Both the position numbers and the translations under genes were made by a program. From the human T2T-CHM13v2.0 reference genome, Homo sapiens, in the NCBI RefSeq assembly GCF_009914755.1, contig NC_060933.1: a DNA stretch of 64,000 nt, one strand, 5' to 3'. Position 1 is the stretch's first letter, and each line of letters begins with the position of its first letter. Below, piece after piece: positions 40,545 to 56,122 of the stretch. The notes under the pieces were generated by a model. That model worked only from the letters and a program-made list of their open reading frames with translations. It was not told the DNA's origin and ran no database searches.

Positions 40545-40850
40545 TGACATACCAAGTGCTTTATATACACTATCTCATTTAATCCTCAGCATACCCTGGA
40601 AGATACACTCATATTCCCATTTGAAAGATACGAAAATAAAGGTTCTGGGAGTTAGTACAGGGCTTAGGAGCTTGGGCTCTGGAGCCAGCGTGCCTCACAT
40701 GAAATCCTTCCCTTCCCTTCTAACAAGGTAAGGGGCCTTGGCAAGTCACTAGGTTTCTCTGTGCCTCAGTGTCTTTATTTGTAAAATGGGGATAATAATC
40801 CAAGAAGATAAGTCATCAGGATTAAATCAGCCTCAATAAATGTAGATTCT
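40545..40850. mobile_element. MIR fragments in both orientations
   Basis: tatctcatttaatcctcagc...cccatttgaaagat and ccttggcaagtcact...ctctgtgcctcagtgtctttatttgtaaaatggggataata core motifs. Confidence 0.75.
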
Positions 40851-41779
40851 TCTCATTTCCCCACCTTCTGAATTTGCTATCTTGTAAATGCTTTCTATCT
40901 AAAGTCAAAGGCAGTGATATGAGTGACACATTCAGTCCACTTCAACCAAATCATAGAATAAGCACACTTACTTGGCACCCAATGCCTGAAGCATATCACT
41001 TGTATATGCTGCAGGAAGCTGCGGTGCCCAGAGGCCTGGTTCTAAAACGGAGCTGGGATGCTGTGGACACATCCCTGAAACAGCTGGATTAGCAAGGTTC
41101 TAAAACCACTAGCTTCCTAATTGCTTCAAATCCCCCCAGCCCCATATTTTGCGAAGGTGTGGACCAACAGAGCACATGCCTGAAAACATGGTCAATCCAA
41201 AAGCAAACATTTCTAACAAGAAAGGAGGGAGAAGCTTGTCTTTGACATGAAAAGGTTTAATGTCCTCATTTGTGAAGGTGGTAAGAAAGAAACAACAGAA
41301 CAGCATCAGAAAAACTGAATGCGACCACAAAGAAAATCCACTTCTGCTGAGCACATATTGATTGAGCATATACTTGTTCAGGGCCTGGCGGATGCAAAGG
41401 AGAGTGGGGCTGGGGTTTTAAGTAGTTCGTCATTGAACTTCCCCAAAAACATGGAAGGCTGAACAACTGTGTTTCCTTCCTGAATCCCTCTAAAGTGACT
41501 ATAAAGCAATTTTTCAAACAGGAGGAATAAAGTAAGCTTAAATTCACCCTTCTCAGCTCACTGTCCTCCCCTCTCAGCAAACAACCTCACATCCCACTCC
41601 ATGAGAACCCTGAAGCCATCAGAGAAAAAAATCCCCCAGTCACCCCATCTACAATTCTCCCACCCAACATCTGCCTGTGCCCATCCTCCCCTCCCTCCCT
41701 CTCTCCCTCCTTCCCTCCTTCCCTTCCTTCCTCTCTTCCTATTTCAAAACTGAACTGAGCTTCATTACCTAAGGTCATC

Positions 41780-43200
41780 CCCTAATTGTATCTCCCCATG
41801 CTGGGAGCTACTCCAGGGAACTCAGACAATTCTCCCAGCTCCTGCTTCCTCATCTCCCCCTCCACTGGGTCATCCCATCAGCATACAAACAAGCTGTTTG
41901 TCTCCTTCCTCCTTCAGCCACTGTCCCATTTCTCTACATGAAAGCACTGCAAAACTATCTTATACCTTATATTATTCCAATTCCTCTCCCTCCCCTTCTC
42001 TTTTAAACCCACTGCATTCAAGGTTTCCAGCCCACAGTCTTAGCACGGTGAGCAGTGCCATCCCTGTGCTAAATCCAGCAACCAATGCCCTCCTTACCTG
42101 ACACAGCATATGACTCCTCCAGCTGGATGCATTTGCCTTCCTCTACTTCTGTAACACCACACTGGGAGTTCCCCGCCTCATTGACCACTTCTTTATCCGT
42201 CTCCTTTGCAGGTTTCTCCTCCCCACCCGCTAGACAGCAGTCTTGTGCCTCTTCACTCCTCTATCCGCATCCACCCTTTGGGGCTCTCATCTAGTCCTGT
42301 GGCTTCAAATGCCTTTCCTATGTTTAAAACTTCCACATTTATGTCTCTACCGTAGACCTCTCCCCTAAGCTCCAAACTCATAGCCAACTGCTTCTTTTGA
42401 CAGCTTCACTCAGATGTCAGACAGACATCACACACTTAATGTGTCCAAACCTGAACCCCTGATCTTCCCCCACAAAACTTGTTCTTCCACAGCCTTTCCA
42501 TCAAACTGACGACAACGCCATCCTTCCAGGTGCCAAGGTCAACAATGTTGATGTCATCTTCAAATTCTCCCTGTTTCTCATACTCACATCCAGTTGTTCA
42601 GGAAACCCCAGTGTCTCTACCTTTAACATAGACACAGAATCCACCACTTCCCAGCACTCCACTGTCCCACCTCGGTTCAGCCATGCCCTCTCTTGCCTGG
42701 ATTATTGTGATCACTTCCTAACCACTCTCCCTGCTTCCACTCCTGCTCCACTGAGCAGCCAGCAGGACTGTGCTAAAGCCCAAGTCCCATCCTGTCCCCC
42801 CTCTGCTCAGGAACCTGCCAAAGCCTCCCCCATTGCTCCCATAGTCAAAGACAAAGTCCCTACAACGCCCTGCAAGGCCCTATCCCACCTGGGCTGCCTG
42901 GCTCGCCTCATCTCCTACTTCTCTCGCCTCACTTCTCTGTGCCCCTCGTGGGCCTCCTCACTGTGCCTTGATGGGCACCGCCCTCACATCAGGGCCTCTG
43001 CACTGGCTGCCCTTTCTGTCCCAACTGCGCTTCCTCCCAATGTTCCCAAGGCTTGCTCTGTCTCCTCTGAATGTTGCTCAGATTCACCTTCATAACGAGG
43101 CTCTCTCAGACCCCCACATTAGAACTCCACCTTCACAGCCCTCCTAGTCCATATTGACTGCTTGCTCTATTTTCCTATCGCATCAATCTATATTCTAACA
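41780..43200 (+). mobile_element. L2 (L2a-like) fragment
   Basis: cttaatgtgtccaaacctgaacccctgatcttcccc, ctctcttgcctggattattg, cagggcctctgcactggctg are typical L2 3' region motifs. Confidence 0.75.
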
Positions 43201-43929
43201 TAACAATTGTCTTTTTTTCTTTTTCCTCCTTTCTCCCTTCCTTCCACAAATAACTGAGATCAGAAGGAAGGAAAGAATGGAATGAGGGAGAAAGGGGAAA
43301 ATGGGGCAGGACAGAGATGTCAACACATTTTGGAGTAGAAAGTAGACAAAAGAATGAAGAATGAGGAGCTATGCAGTCGAAGTGCCTGCAGAATGCTGTA
43401 GTGAAAAGGACTGAGCCAGTTCACTTCATCAGCCCCCAGAAAGGCTCAGAAGTTGGTGCTTCAAGTACTTCTGAGGCATTCACTGTTTACAGAATAGTTC
43501 AATCACTCGATCACCTCCTGTTCCCAACAGTCCAGTGACAACACCACCCTGCAGCCCTTCCATGCTGCATAATACAGGAGGCTTCTCTCTGGAAATAAAA
43601 TGAATGAGAGTGACCACAAGCTGAGGGACATAGGCAGAGAAAGGGGCAGGAGTGAGTGGGCCTGCTCCCTCCACCATCATCCCTTTCCCCACAGCAGCCA
43701 CGGGCATGTGGACTCCTCCACCTTCCAGGGATTGGAGGCTTCTTCCTTGGAAAAACTTCCACATGGAAGGGATTCACCAAATAATCAGAAAAACAATGGA
43801 TGTTTACATGATCCATGCTGAGGGAAACAATCTTAGAATAATTTCAAATTCTCAAGGATGAGAGGATTTTAAATGCTATTAAAGCTTGGGGGAGTGTGTA
43901 GTGAGTGTCACATATCTCAGACGTCTTAA

Positions 43930-45300
43930 TAGAAAAACAGTAAACTAGACAAGGGAGCAATGCCTAAAGAATCCTGAGGGAAAATTATCTTCAACCTATA
44001 TTTGAAACAAGCCAATATTTATCAAGTATGAAAGTAGAATAAGAAAATCCAAGCATACAATAACTCAAAACTTACCTCCCATGTGTCCTTTCTCAGGAAA
44101 CTCTTGAAGGATAACGGGAAGTTCCTGGATTATTAATACAAATTGAGTGGCTAGGGCAACAGCGGGGCACTATGGATAGATCAAGCTAGAAAACAAATGG
44201 GAGGCTCCTTAGGAAGGGGGAGTTGGAACCGATGGGTTACCTGCTGCCCTGCGTTGTGTGGAAGTGCTACTGATAGGCACTCTACAGCAATGGTTGAGTG
44301 TTTGGGGAAGAATTTTAAACTGTTGTGTAAAAGCAAAAGTTTACACAAAACTTTTGTTTCTGTGTAAACTTTTCAAAAAATAGATGTACAAGAAAGGGGA
44401 CATAACCTCAGTACACTAGTTGGCTCAGCAGTGAAAAACAGTTCAATAATCACTTAGATGCAAACGTAGAATACAAGTTCAACCTAAAACTGTTACGATT
44501 TTAGGATAGGGGAAGGATACAGGAAGGAGCAGGAACTCACCATGGCAGAGACAATGGTATGTGTTCACCAAACCCAGTTTTCTTCCTCACTGGACACACA
44601 GCTAAATGTCCAGATCCTCAGCAAATAGCTTGGCATCTTGTGGTTGAGTTCTGAACAAGGGAAAGTGGACAGAAGTGATGATGTGCCACCCCTTGGCCAT
44701 AAAATCTCTCACATTTAATCTTCTGTTCGCTCTTCCTGTTCCAGAGAAAACTTGGAGGTCACGTGTTGAAGATGGTGGCATCAAAGGATGGCAAGAGGCT
44801 GAGTCTCTGAATGTGTGGAGAACAACTTTGTACCCTCCCTCAATGACCTACACTGAGAGAGAAAGAAAACTTTATTGTGATAAGCTGCCATTATGGGAAG
44901 GTTGTTCACTATAGCAGCTAGCATGACTTATCCTAATATACTCAACCACTTATAATAGGGAGACAATGAAAAATCTGAAATTGACAAATCAAGAAATAGA
45001 TGTTGAAGCAAATCATTTAGAAATATGTATCCATGTGTGTGTGTATATATGTATGTATAGACACACACACACATACACACATATGAAACACGTAAAAGAG
45101 TTCAAAGTGGCGCATTGGAGAAGTGGAACCGGGAGAATAGAGTGGGATGAGGTAGTTGACTGCTTAAATGTATGAATGAATAAACTTTGGAAGGTCATCC
45201 TTACTCACACTAACGAATGTTTTTCTTTATAAGCCTAATGGCAACACTTAACTTTCAATTATATGTTGCATAATTTAAATAAAAATATAAATTATTGATT
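43930..45300 (+). mobile_element. HAL1/ancient L1 ORF1-like remnant interrupted by an MLT1-like LTR (about 44545-44940)
   Basis: gagcaatgcct...ctgagggaaaattatcttcaacctatatt...ttacctcccatgtgtcctttctcaggaaactc resembles HAL1; the MLT1-like piece ends actatagcagctagcatgacttatcctaatata. Confidence 0.45.
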
Positions 45301-48300
45301 TAAAAGAGACTTATAGGCTTCTAGGAAATGCAAATATGAGCATAGATAATTACAGAACACATAATATAAATACCCAAAGTGAAGCATGATGTTGTATTAT
45401 GAGTGCACCACAAAAGAAGTTCTTCAAACAGATCAAACACATTTGAGTACAATAAAAGTTGCATTGAATTTGCTTCCATTGTTCCAAGGTAGATTTTGGG
45501 TATGACGGCTCATAAAGAATAGACATCACAGGAACGTTGTCTTTCCTTCCTTTCTTCCTTGCTTTGACTTTTTTTCATTTCTTTTCTTTCTGTTTTTTTT
45601 TTCTTTTTTTTTTTTTTGAGGGATATAAGAGGAAGATGTTTTAAATAGTAAATGGAAGAAGGCCAAAAATCAGAGCTCTGCTAGCACATCCTCTGCCTTT
45701 GTGTAAATTTTTTTAAAGCACCCTTCCTCGAGATACTTTCATCCATTGGAAAATGTCTTTAATATATTTATCTTGTTAGACTAAGACCCTTTGCTGACAT
45801 CTGGTGGATATTCAAGTGCAAATATTCATACCTGCAAGGTGACTTGCCCTCTTTAGATGTGTGATTTGTTTCACGCACAACTCACGTTTTAAGCATCATC
45901 ATTCCTAAAATGTCTGTTGACAGCCGTGGCCTTGTAGATCTTAGCCTGTCAATTTATTCTGTCTTGCTAGCTCTTTTCTTGCACCTTCTCCTTCTTCTCC
46001 TTTTCTTTCTCTTTAGCCTTCCTGTTTAAGACTGCCTCTCCTCTCAAAACAATTATCCCCTTCATTTGCAGAGCAAAAGCCGCAGTTTCAGCAGACACCT
46101 AAATCCTAAGAGCTTCACCTTCTACCCAGGGCTCTATCCAAAAATTAAGACATAATTGCAGAGCCTGTTGTTAATAAAAGAAACTACTTTCCATCTCAAT
46201 CTAAATGTAGGCCACAATTCGGCGTGTCTTTTAGTGTAAGGCCTACACCACGCAACAGGTGAGTGGTACCCTGAGGGGTGCTCAAAAGAGAATCTCGCCC
46301 TGAGACTTGTGGCTCCACCACGAGCACCCTACCTGGAATGAACTCTGCCTGCTTGGAGCTGATATTTGCCATGCCCATTAGATCATGTTCAAGCCCTTGA
46401 CTCAACCAGGTGCCAGAAAATCATGGGGTGTGCTTTCATTGTCCCTTCTCTTGGGAATCTGGGCTTCTTTTGCTGATGGTCGTTCAGAGCTCCTGATTCA
46501 GCTGAGTTGATTAAAAGGGAAGCCTTACCTACTTTTCCTCTGCCCTTTCCTGTTCTCATTTACTCAAAGGATTGCCTGATACACATCTGGAAAAGGAAAA
46601 AAAAAAAAAACACTTCAATACTTTATTCTGTCTGGGCCTCTTTCCTCTTTTGCCCTTTGTGGGAAATTGAACAAACCAGCCTATGATTTCAGAATATGAT
46701 CCCCTTTGCCTACATGCGTGGTTCAATACACCAATTCTCTGGATTACTTTCTAAAACCCATAAGCCTGGGCTGGATTAAAAGATTTATCTTCAATGAATC
46801 ACTTTCTTTCTATCCACCTCCCCTAACACTACTAGAGGGAAATGAGGTGCTTTCAAGCAGGCAACCCACTGTCAATGACAAGCCTCTGAATCATTTTGAT
46901 TCTTACACATGCTAAACTATAAGACAAAATCACACTAGGAAACATTGTTTTTAAACCAAATGCAGTATAAATTCAAATGCCTTTAGCCAGTTTCATCATA
47001 TTCTATTGGGTTTGAGTCCTGAGAAAATTTTAAGAAATTGTGATAAGTTAATCCAGAAAGAAGCTAAAGAAGGTAAGAATATGTTAAAATACAAAAGGAT
47101 TATTAAAAGGGTCATGCCATAATTTATATCCAATAAAATTAGCTTAACCTACAATTATATAACATTTAGTTAGTGAAAGATTTTAAATGTATGGATGAAT
47201 AAACTTTGGAAGGTCATCCTCACTCACACTAAGGAATGTTTTTACTTTGTTGCAAGCCTACGAGAGGCAGGAGAATGGAGATATAGCCTGCTGATCTCCC
47301 TAGAGCCAAAAGATTCTACACTATTCATTCAACAAGCACTAATTGGGCTTCCCTGTTTGTCATACACCTGTGAGATATTAAGAGTACTAATGTCAACTAG
47401 AATCCTTGCCCTTAAGGAGCTCACCATCTGCCAGTGAAATCCAGTTGTCCAATGCATTTCTGCTGTAGCTCAGTTTATCCAACAGGTAAGGGAAAGTCAG
47501 TCCCTTAAGACAACTTCCTGCTGATCTGAGATTCTCTCAGAATCACCTGACATTTTGAGTGGCATTAGATTTAGCCCAAATCATTGAACACCAGAAATCT
47601 ATCCCCCTCCCTGAGAAGACCCATTGGCTCTCTGTTAACCAGCCAGAGTGAAAGGAAAGAGGATTTTTTTAAGTGTCCTAGAAGTACCTGAATTACACGA
47701 TACACTAGGGATGATTTAGGAATAATGTAGAGAAGGAATTCCAACTTCACACTGGAAAATGCAATGCTGATCTCTCACTTCTGCAGCTTCAGTCGAGACT
47801 GTGTGTGACTGTTCAGGAACACAAGATTTGTGAGAAATCAGACCTTCTGATTCTGAGAATCCAGACTGTACACATTAAAATGTGGAAATCCATCCTATAT
47901 TATCTGTTCTCCTTTGTCCTCTTAGAATTAAAAGTATATTATTAATATCATAATTAATTAATGATAATTTTTTAGAATCTGTACCGGTCAGGGTTTCAGC
48001 AGGAAAGAGACAACACACTCAGGATAATTCAAGAAATATAAGTAAAAGAACCCTCTGAAATTGCATGGGGAAACCACAAGAAATTGTGTGATCCCTGGGG
48101 CTAGTGTCATTGACACTAGACACTGGGGACTCACAGGTGGACAGAAAGGAGTGCTTATGACCAGAGGGAGAAAGTTATGTGAGAGGTATTGTGATCTGTC
48201 AGAGGGCACAGTGGTCCAGCACAAGCCTGCAGGGAGACCAGGAGAAAACACACCCCAGCCTCATTCCCCTCCCTCCTTCCCATTGGCTAAGGCCAAGTGA

Positions 48301-49889
48301 AAGTGAGAGGACATGAAAGCCCATGTCCCCTCACTTGGTTCAGCCATCGCCCCTTGATAAAGAGAAGGGTAGAGTAGAGGTGGGAGTGCAAAGAAAACAT
48401 TCAGCCCAGAGCCCGAGGCTCAAGACCGACATCCACTTCCCTAGGGTCCCCCAAAACGACTTCAAAATGAACTCAGTAGACCCAGGATAATTAGAAAACA
48501 GATGTAGCCAATTCTTACTCCAAATTGGACCATCCTCCTGACCTACCCAGCTGCTGTGCTCTTTTTCCCTAGCCGTGTATCATCAGATGCCAATTGGCAT
48601 CCTTAATAAATCATCTAATAACATAAAGATATGGGTGACAATTTAGTAAATGCAATTAAGATGTAGCATCAGAAGTATGATTCATGAATGGGAACTGGAG
48701 CATCAATAAACATTCAAAATGATCCACTACTCTTTAAATATTGCTTGCTTGCTTTTCTTCTCATTGTTATATATTTTAGGTATAAAATTCCTATGTATTA
48801 TACACATAGATACAGAAGATACTCTATAACAATAGGACAAGACTTGCCATTAGAGATCACCAACTGAATACAAATAATTACTTTTTCTTTCTACCAAATC
48901 CCAATGAAATAAAACAAATACATATTATGAAAATAAATTTACAGCGATTTCCATCAGCCAGGGAGTGCCATCAGAAGACCAGATAATGATCCATGTGGAG
49001 ATAAAGCAGAGGGGAGCAATTGATGCCAAACTCAACAGACTCAAGGAACCCATCAACCCTAAGTCAACAGGGATATCCAAAACTTGTGAGGCTCGTCCTT
49101 CAGAACCTCTGAGTAATCCCACATCAGCAACAAGGGCCTGGAGAAGGAGTCTTTAGGGTGCTACATGCTGACAATTGGCTTTGATTTCTAAAATTGCCTT
49201 TCTGATGTGGCAGCAACCTGGGGTGGTTGCTGGGGGCCACCAAAGCTGACTTTCATAATAGACAGGTGGGGCCCTTGTAACCCAGAAGACTACCAGCACA
49301 CCTGCCTCACCATGTCCCTAGCCAAGAAAAGAAGCTCACCGTGACAGCTGAGGTCTCTGGGACCCCACTGGGGACACTGGAGGGGGACATGGGCTCCAGG
49401 TTTGCAAATTGCTGACATGAGAAAGTGTCCCAAACCAGGGAGTGTAGCAGCAGGAGCTGGGGGTGGAATTAAACAACCATAACATTCAACTTTCTAGCTT
49501 TCTAGAAAGGAAGTTCCTGGTAGCAGGAACATGGTTTTTGTTACATTATTTCTACTCCTTGAATGCTTAAAATACTTTATAATAATTTTTTAAGAATTGT
49601 AACAATCCCTTGTAACAGAGAAACATTTATCTGAAGTCTAGTATTTCCTTCAGTTTCACTTCAGCTTCCTTTTCCAATGATTTCAAATAATATTAAATTC
49701 CATAAATTTTGTTTTTTAAAAGCTCTGTGTATGGTATAATCTTCTTCTTCTGAAATTATTTCTGTATGGACGTGTGTGCTGAAATGTGTCTATTTTAATG
49801 TTCAGAAAATATTAACACAGGTGTTTTTCAGGATAATTAGGTTTAGCGTGGTTTGTTGCCTTCTTTTCGTACCTTAAAAAAACCATGTT

Positions 49890-50190
<301 letters not shown>

Positions 50191-51632
50191 TTAGTTTTTT
50201 GTAATTAGCATGTAGCATATGTAGGAAACAATATTAAATCCATGGGGCTGAAATCCTGGGGCCCTGGACCACTTTCCCTTGAGCATAACATAGAAGGAAG
50301 GAGTGTTCTCCCATTGCTCTGTGGAATAACCAAGGCTGGTTAGACATCTGCAAGTGTGACAGAGCAGTGTCTTCTAAGAGAGGCTGAGGAACCAGCAGCA
50401 CTGCCAGGGCATCGGCAACTCCCGCCCTGAGCCCAGCCTCTCATTCTCCTGACCACAGTCACAAAGACAAGCATGTCATCAGCAAGACTGAGCCTGCAGA
50501 GAATCCAGCTCTCAGGAACCCAAGGCAGCCAGTTAAGCACAAAGCCATGGTGGCGAAGGCATGCGCTGTAGCCCTGAATGTCAGAATGGTGGGGCCCTGG
50601 GTCACTCTGCCTTGGAGCACATTACAATACCTTTTAAAGACTGAATGGACTGCCGAAGGAACCATATCCTTCTTACTGTGTGAGAGCAGATCTGGGGCGC
50701 AGCCACAGCTGTTTAATCCCATGCTTCTGGGCCTGCGGATCCTCTGTTACACCAGCCGGTCAGGGCTGCCACATCAAACATAACAACTAGCATCAAGCCT
50801 CAGGCCACCAGAGGAACACTGGGGTATCTGACCCACTAGCAAATGTGACTCTTAGAAAATTAGGGGACAGGGGATACGGTGGGGGATTATGAGAAAATCA
50901 GGGTAGAAGTGGCCTCAGGAAAAGATTGGTCTCCCTGCCACACTAGGTTAGGACTCAGACTCATTATAATACAGGTATCAAGGCACAAGTGACCTAATCT
51001 ATTCTTCCAAACTGTTTTCATCTTTCATCTCTCCTGTATGCTACTTTTTTCTACTCCATCCCCTCATTAGAAGGAAGAAAGGAAGTATTATATGTTTGTG
51101 TGTGTGTGCATGTGTGTGTGTGTTTGTGTAAAGGAAGAATTGCACATGTATTTATAGCTATGTATCTTTGTATACATTCCTACACGTCTTCATCTATTCA
51201 CGTGTCTCTGATTTGCTAACTCAGCCCTTATTCAATTTCTTCATAATGCACATCCCATCAGAAATTATTTCCTTTTTCTAACAATTGCTTTCTTCTCCCT
51301 TCATCCCATAGTGGATTATAATCTCCATGAAGGCAGGAAGCTGGGCTACACTGGAGTGGGAGCAAACACACGCCAGGGAGCTCTGGAGATGAACAGCCAT
51401 GTCCCAGGCAACAAGATACTGGGCCTTGAGTCACTGAAAATGAGGGAGGGGGCTGTAAGACCCTAAAGAAAGCCAGGACACCCAAAGTGGCTACATATTC
51501 ATTGAAAGGGTGGATGGGTACGAAATCAGCCAGAATCGAAAAGGACCCACAAGGAAATCTACCTGTCTCTCCCTGAGACTCCGTAATCTTAGGCCTGTTC
51601 ACAAAAGAATCTGAGAAACAAATTCACGCCAG

Positions 51633-52195
51633 CTGTGGTGGCTTTGCAATATGTCCACTTGGCTCGGCTGGACCACACATCCCAGGATGCCCTTCCTTCC
51701 ATATTTCCGGTTAGGGTGGGCAACAAGTGACACACTTATGGAGCTTTGGAGGGCCAAAAGAAGCAGCCACCATGTTGCAGCTCCCATACCTCTCACTCAC
51801 CTGCTGGGTAACCTCTATGGCCTGCAACTGCTCCATCCGTCTCTGGACCCTCCTTCAGCTTCTCTGACTCCTGGGCCGGGGGTGTGTGTTTAGCTTCAAG
51901 ACGAAGGGCCCATGCCACTAAGATCAAAGGCAAAAGGAACTAACACAGGCTCCTAACTGTCCTCATGGGCTCCCACTTCTACTGGAGGGGTCCAGCTTGT
52001 CACTGGTCTCCCCCACTACACAGTCATCTCTCCTTCCCAACCACCTGCTGGACTTGAAGCCCTAGCATCAGAAGCAAAGACAGCAACTGTACAGAGCCTG
52101 ATTAAACAGCAGCCACCACTGCATAAGGGCAAATCCAGTAACAAATCATGTGCATGTATATGTCCTAGTTTTCCTGCTTCTCTGGTTGAACCTTT
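51633..52195 (+). mobile_element. Ancient ERVL-type LTR (MLT2-like)
   Basis: tgtggtggctttgcaatatgtccacttggctcggctgg start and cctgcttctctggttgaacc end. Confidence 0.5.
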
Positions 52196-52324
52196 CTTTT
52201 CTGCATTTGTCTCAGACTTAAGCAAATGCCTGATAGTGGCTGGGTTAGAAGATTCACAAAATGCCCCAAGTGTCACTAAAGCTTATGAAAATGGGCTTTG
52301 TTTATGTTCTTATAAAACAAGAGG

Positions 52325-52628
52325 TTTTTTGGTTTTTTTGTTTTTTGAGACAGAGTCTTGCTCTGTTGCCCCGGCTGGAGTGCAATGATGTGATTTCAGC
52401 TCACTGTAGCCTCCGCCTCCCACGTTCAAACGATTCTCCTGCCTCAGCCTCCTGAGTAGCTGGGATTACAGACATGTACCAGCACATCCGGCTAATTTTT
52501 GTATTGTTAGTAGAGACGGGGTTTCACCCTGTTGGCCAGGCTGGTCTCAAACTCCTGACTTCAGGTAATCTGCCCGCCTTGACCTGCCAAAGTGCTGGGA
52601 TTACAGGCCTGAGCCACCCTGCCTGGCC
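52325..52628 (-). mobile_element. Alu (AluS-like)
   Basis: Reverse Alu with TSD aaaacaagag (52314-52323, 52629-52638). Confidence 0.95.
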
Positions 52629-52654
52629 AAAACAAGAGTTTCTGATAAACCACA

Positions 52655-53925
52655 GTACATCCAGACAATGGATTATTATTCAGTGCTAAAAAGAAATGAG
52701 CTATCAAGTCATTAAAAGATATGAAAGAAACTTAAATGCATATTACTAAATGAAAGAAGCCAATATGAGAAAGCTACATACTCTATAATTCCAACCATAT
52801 GACATTATGCAAACAGCAAAATTATGCACTCAGTAAAAATGTTCAGTAGTTCCCAGGGGTGAGGGGAAAGAGGGATGAATAGGCAGAGGACAGGATTTTC
52901 AGAGCAGTGAAAGCACTCTATGTGATACTAATAATATAGGAGTCCGGCAGGGAAATACTGGGTAGAGAAGGGTGGGTTCCTGGCGAGGGTTCCACCCTTG
53001 GGCCTGTGCCCACGGACCTAGGTAAGGGCAGGCATTTCTGTTTTCGCACCCGAATGTTATGTTTTCTAAGACCACCCTAGCCCACCACGCCTTCATCCTG
53101 TGCCTGTAAAAACCCCGAGATCTTAGCGGGCACGCGCACAAGTGGCTGGACATCGAGAGGCACACACCGGCAGAAGAACACACCCACAGGCATGGGAAGA
53201 CGCTGCTGGCGGAATGACGTGGGCATCAAGGGGAATTTGGCTGGGGCGGTCGGAGGAGAGTCCAGCCGCTGAGCGCCTGACTCCAGGGAAAAACCACCTT
53301 CCCACTCCATCCTCCTTCTGGCTCCCCATCCATCTGCTGAGAGCTACCTCCACCATTCAATAAAACCTTGCACTCATTCTCCAAGCCCACCTGGGGTATG
53401 ATTTTTTCCGGTACACCAAGGCAAGAACCCTGGGATACAGAAAGCCTTCTGTCCTTGCAATAAGGCAGAGGGTCTAATTGGGCTGATTAACACAAGCCGC
53501 CTACAGATGGCAAAACTAAAAGAGCACACGATAACACACGCCCACTGGGGCTTCAGCTGTAAACATTCACCCCTAGACACTGCCATGGGGTCGGAGCCCC
53601 ACAATCTCCCCATCTGCATGCTCCCCTTAGAGGTCTGAGCAGCGGGGCACCGAAGAAGTGAGCCACACCCCATCACATGCCCTGCGAGGGGGACAAGGGA
53701 ACTTTTACCGTTTCACTGTAATGGTGGCTACACGTCATTACACATTCATTCAAACCCCTAGAATGCACCGCACCAAGAGTGAAGTCTAATGTTATCTATG
53801 GACTCTGGGTGATAATGATGAATCAATGTAGGTTCATCAGTTGTAACAAATGTACACTCTGGTGGGGGGGCATTAATAAAGGGGGAAGCTGTGCATATGT
53901 GGGGTCAGGAAGCATGTGGGAAGTC
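52655..53925 (+). mobile_element. L1MC1-like 3' fragment split by an LTR
   Basis: aagaaatgagctatcaag...tgaaagaagccaat before the LTR; aatggtggctacacgtcattacacattc...caccaagagtgaa after 53716. Confidence 0.75.
52932..53715 (+). mobile_element. Solo ERV1 LTR (MER50-like)
   Basis: cagggaaatactgggtagag...gtggctggacatcgagagg...aataaaaccttgcactcatt...gggaacttttaccgtttca, about 780 bp. Confidence 0.7.
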
Positions 53926-54554
53926 TAAGTCTTAAAAAAAAAAAAAAAAACAAGTCTTTCTTCCATTTCAGGATTGGAAAGTTCAGATAACCAAGCATTG
54001 CTGCCTCGGAAGTTATAATTTTACCAGAGAGACAAAAAAAAGAAAGAAAAAAATTACTAGTAGAGATATTGTCTCTGGGAAATATTAGGTAAATATCAAA
54101 GATTCTAGTCTTGGCACAAGTTGACATCCCATCCCTAACTTCACACACATCCTATGGGACCTTGTCAGCTAATGTGCTGCCCTCCCAACAACAAAAGGAA
54201 ACACTTCTTCCTCACAGAAGGGCCCTCAGAAACCTCAAATACAAAGAAAAACATGTCAACAACAATGATTTTAGAGGAAGTTTACAGAGGAAAAATTTAT
54301 GTGAGAAACAAATCCACTTTCATTAGGATCTTTGTAATATTTTTAACTAGATAAAACGCAAACTTCAGGCATATGCTATACTATGGGAAAATATACTCTA
54401 AAGATATAGAGAAGCCCCATTGGAATTATAGTTGTGTTTGTCAGATACTTCTGAATTCTAAGCTATTTAAGGTTAAGATAATTTGAAAATATTACATTCA
54501 CTTTTCATTGATATTACTTTTTTTAGCCATAAAAAATAAAGTACAGCCATTTCA

Positions 54555-54864
<310 letters not shown>

Positions 54865-55093
54865 GAGAGAGAACAATGCATACTATATTTCAAAATGGTA
54901 TATTTGTATATTCTTCCAAATATAAAAGCAAAAAAATGTATTTGCATTTACTTATAAAAAATAAGATGGTCAACGGAGCTGCTCTTCAGAAATCTGTACC
55001 TTTGGAAGAACACTGGGACAAAGAACATTCGAATGCTACCTGAGGCTGCAGAGAAGGAAACAGAAACCAGTGGTCAAATAAAGATAAGGCTGG

Positions 55094-55519
<426 letters not shown>

Positions 55520-55611
55520 TGAATGTACCTTGTGATGGGGCTCTGTGAACAGGGAGAATTTGAAGAAATTCTGAATAGGAGAGGGCACATCCAGAGAATG
55601 AGTCAAGGTAG

Positions 55612-55752
<141 letters not shown>

Positions 55753-55927
55753 TAGCAGGGAGGAAGCCATGCTGCGCACCACATGTGGGGCTCCCGTCTG
55801 CATGACCCCTGAAGTTATCAATGCCCATAGCTATAGCCAGCAATGTGACACTGGGGCCATCAGGTCACAAGGACATATCGTTATGTGGGAACCCCCTTTA
55901 TGGCAAGTTCAGAAGAGACATTTTTGA

Positions 55928-56122
<195 letters not shown>

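Noticed and set aside
47980-48410. Possible ancient LTR starting tgtaccggtcagggtttcagcagg
   Set aside because: Too diverged to assign by eye; no clear TSD.
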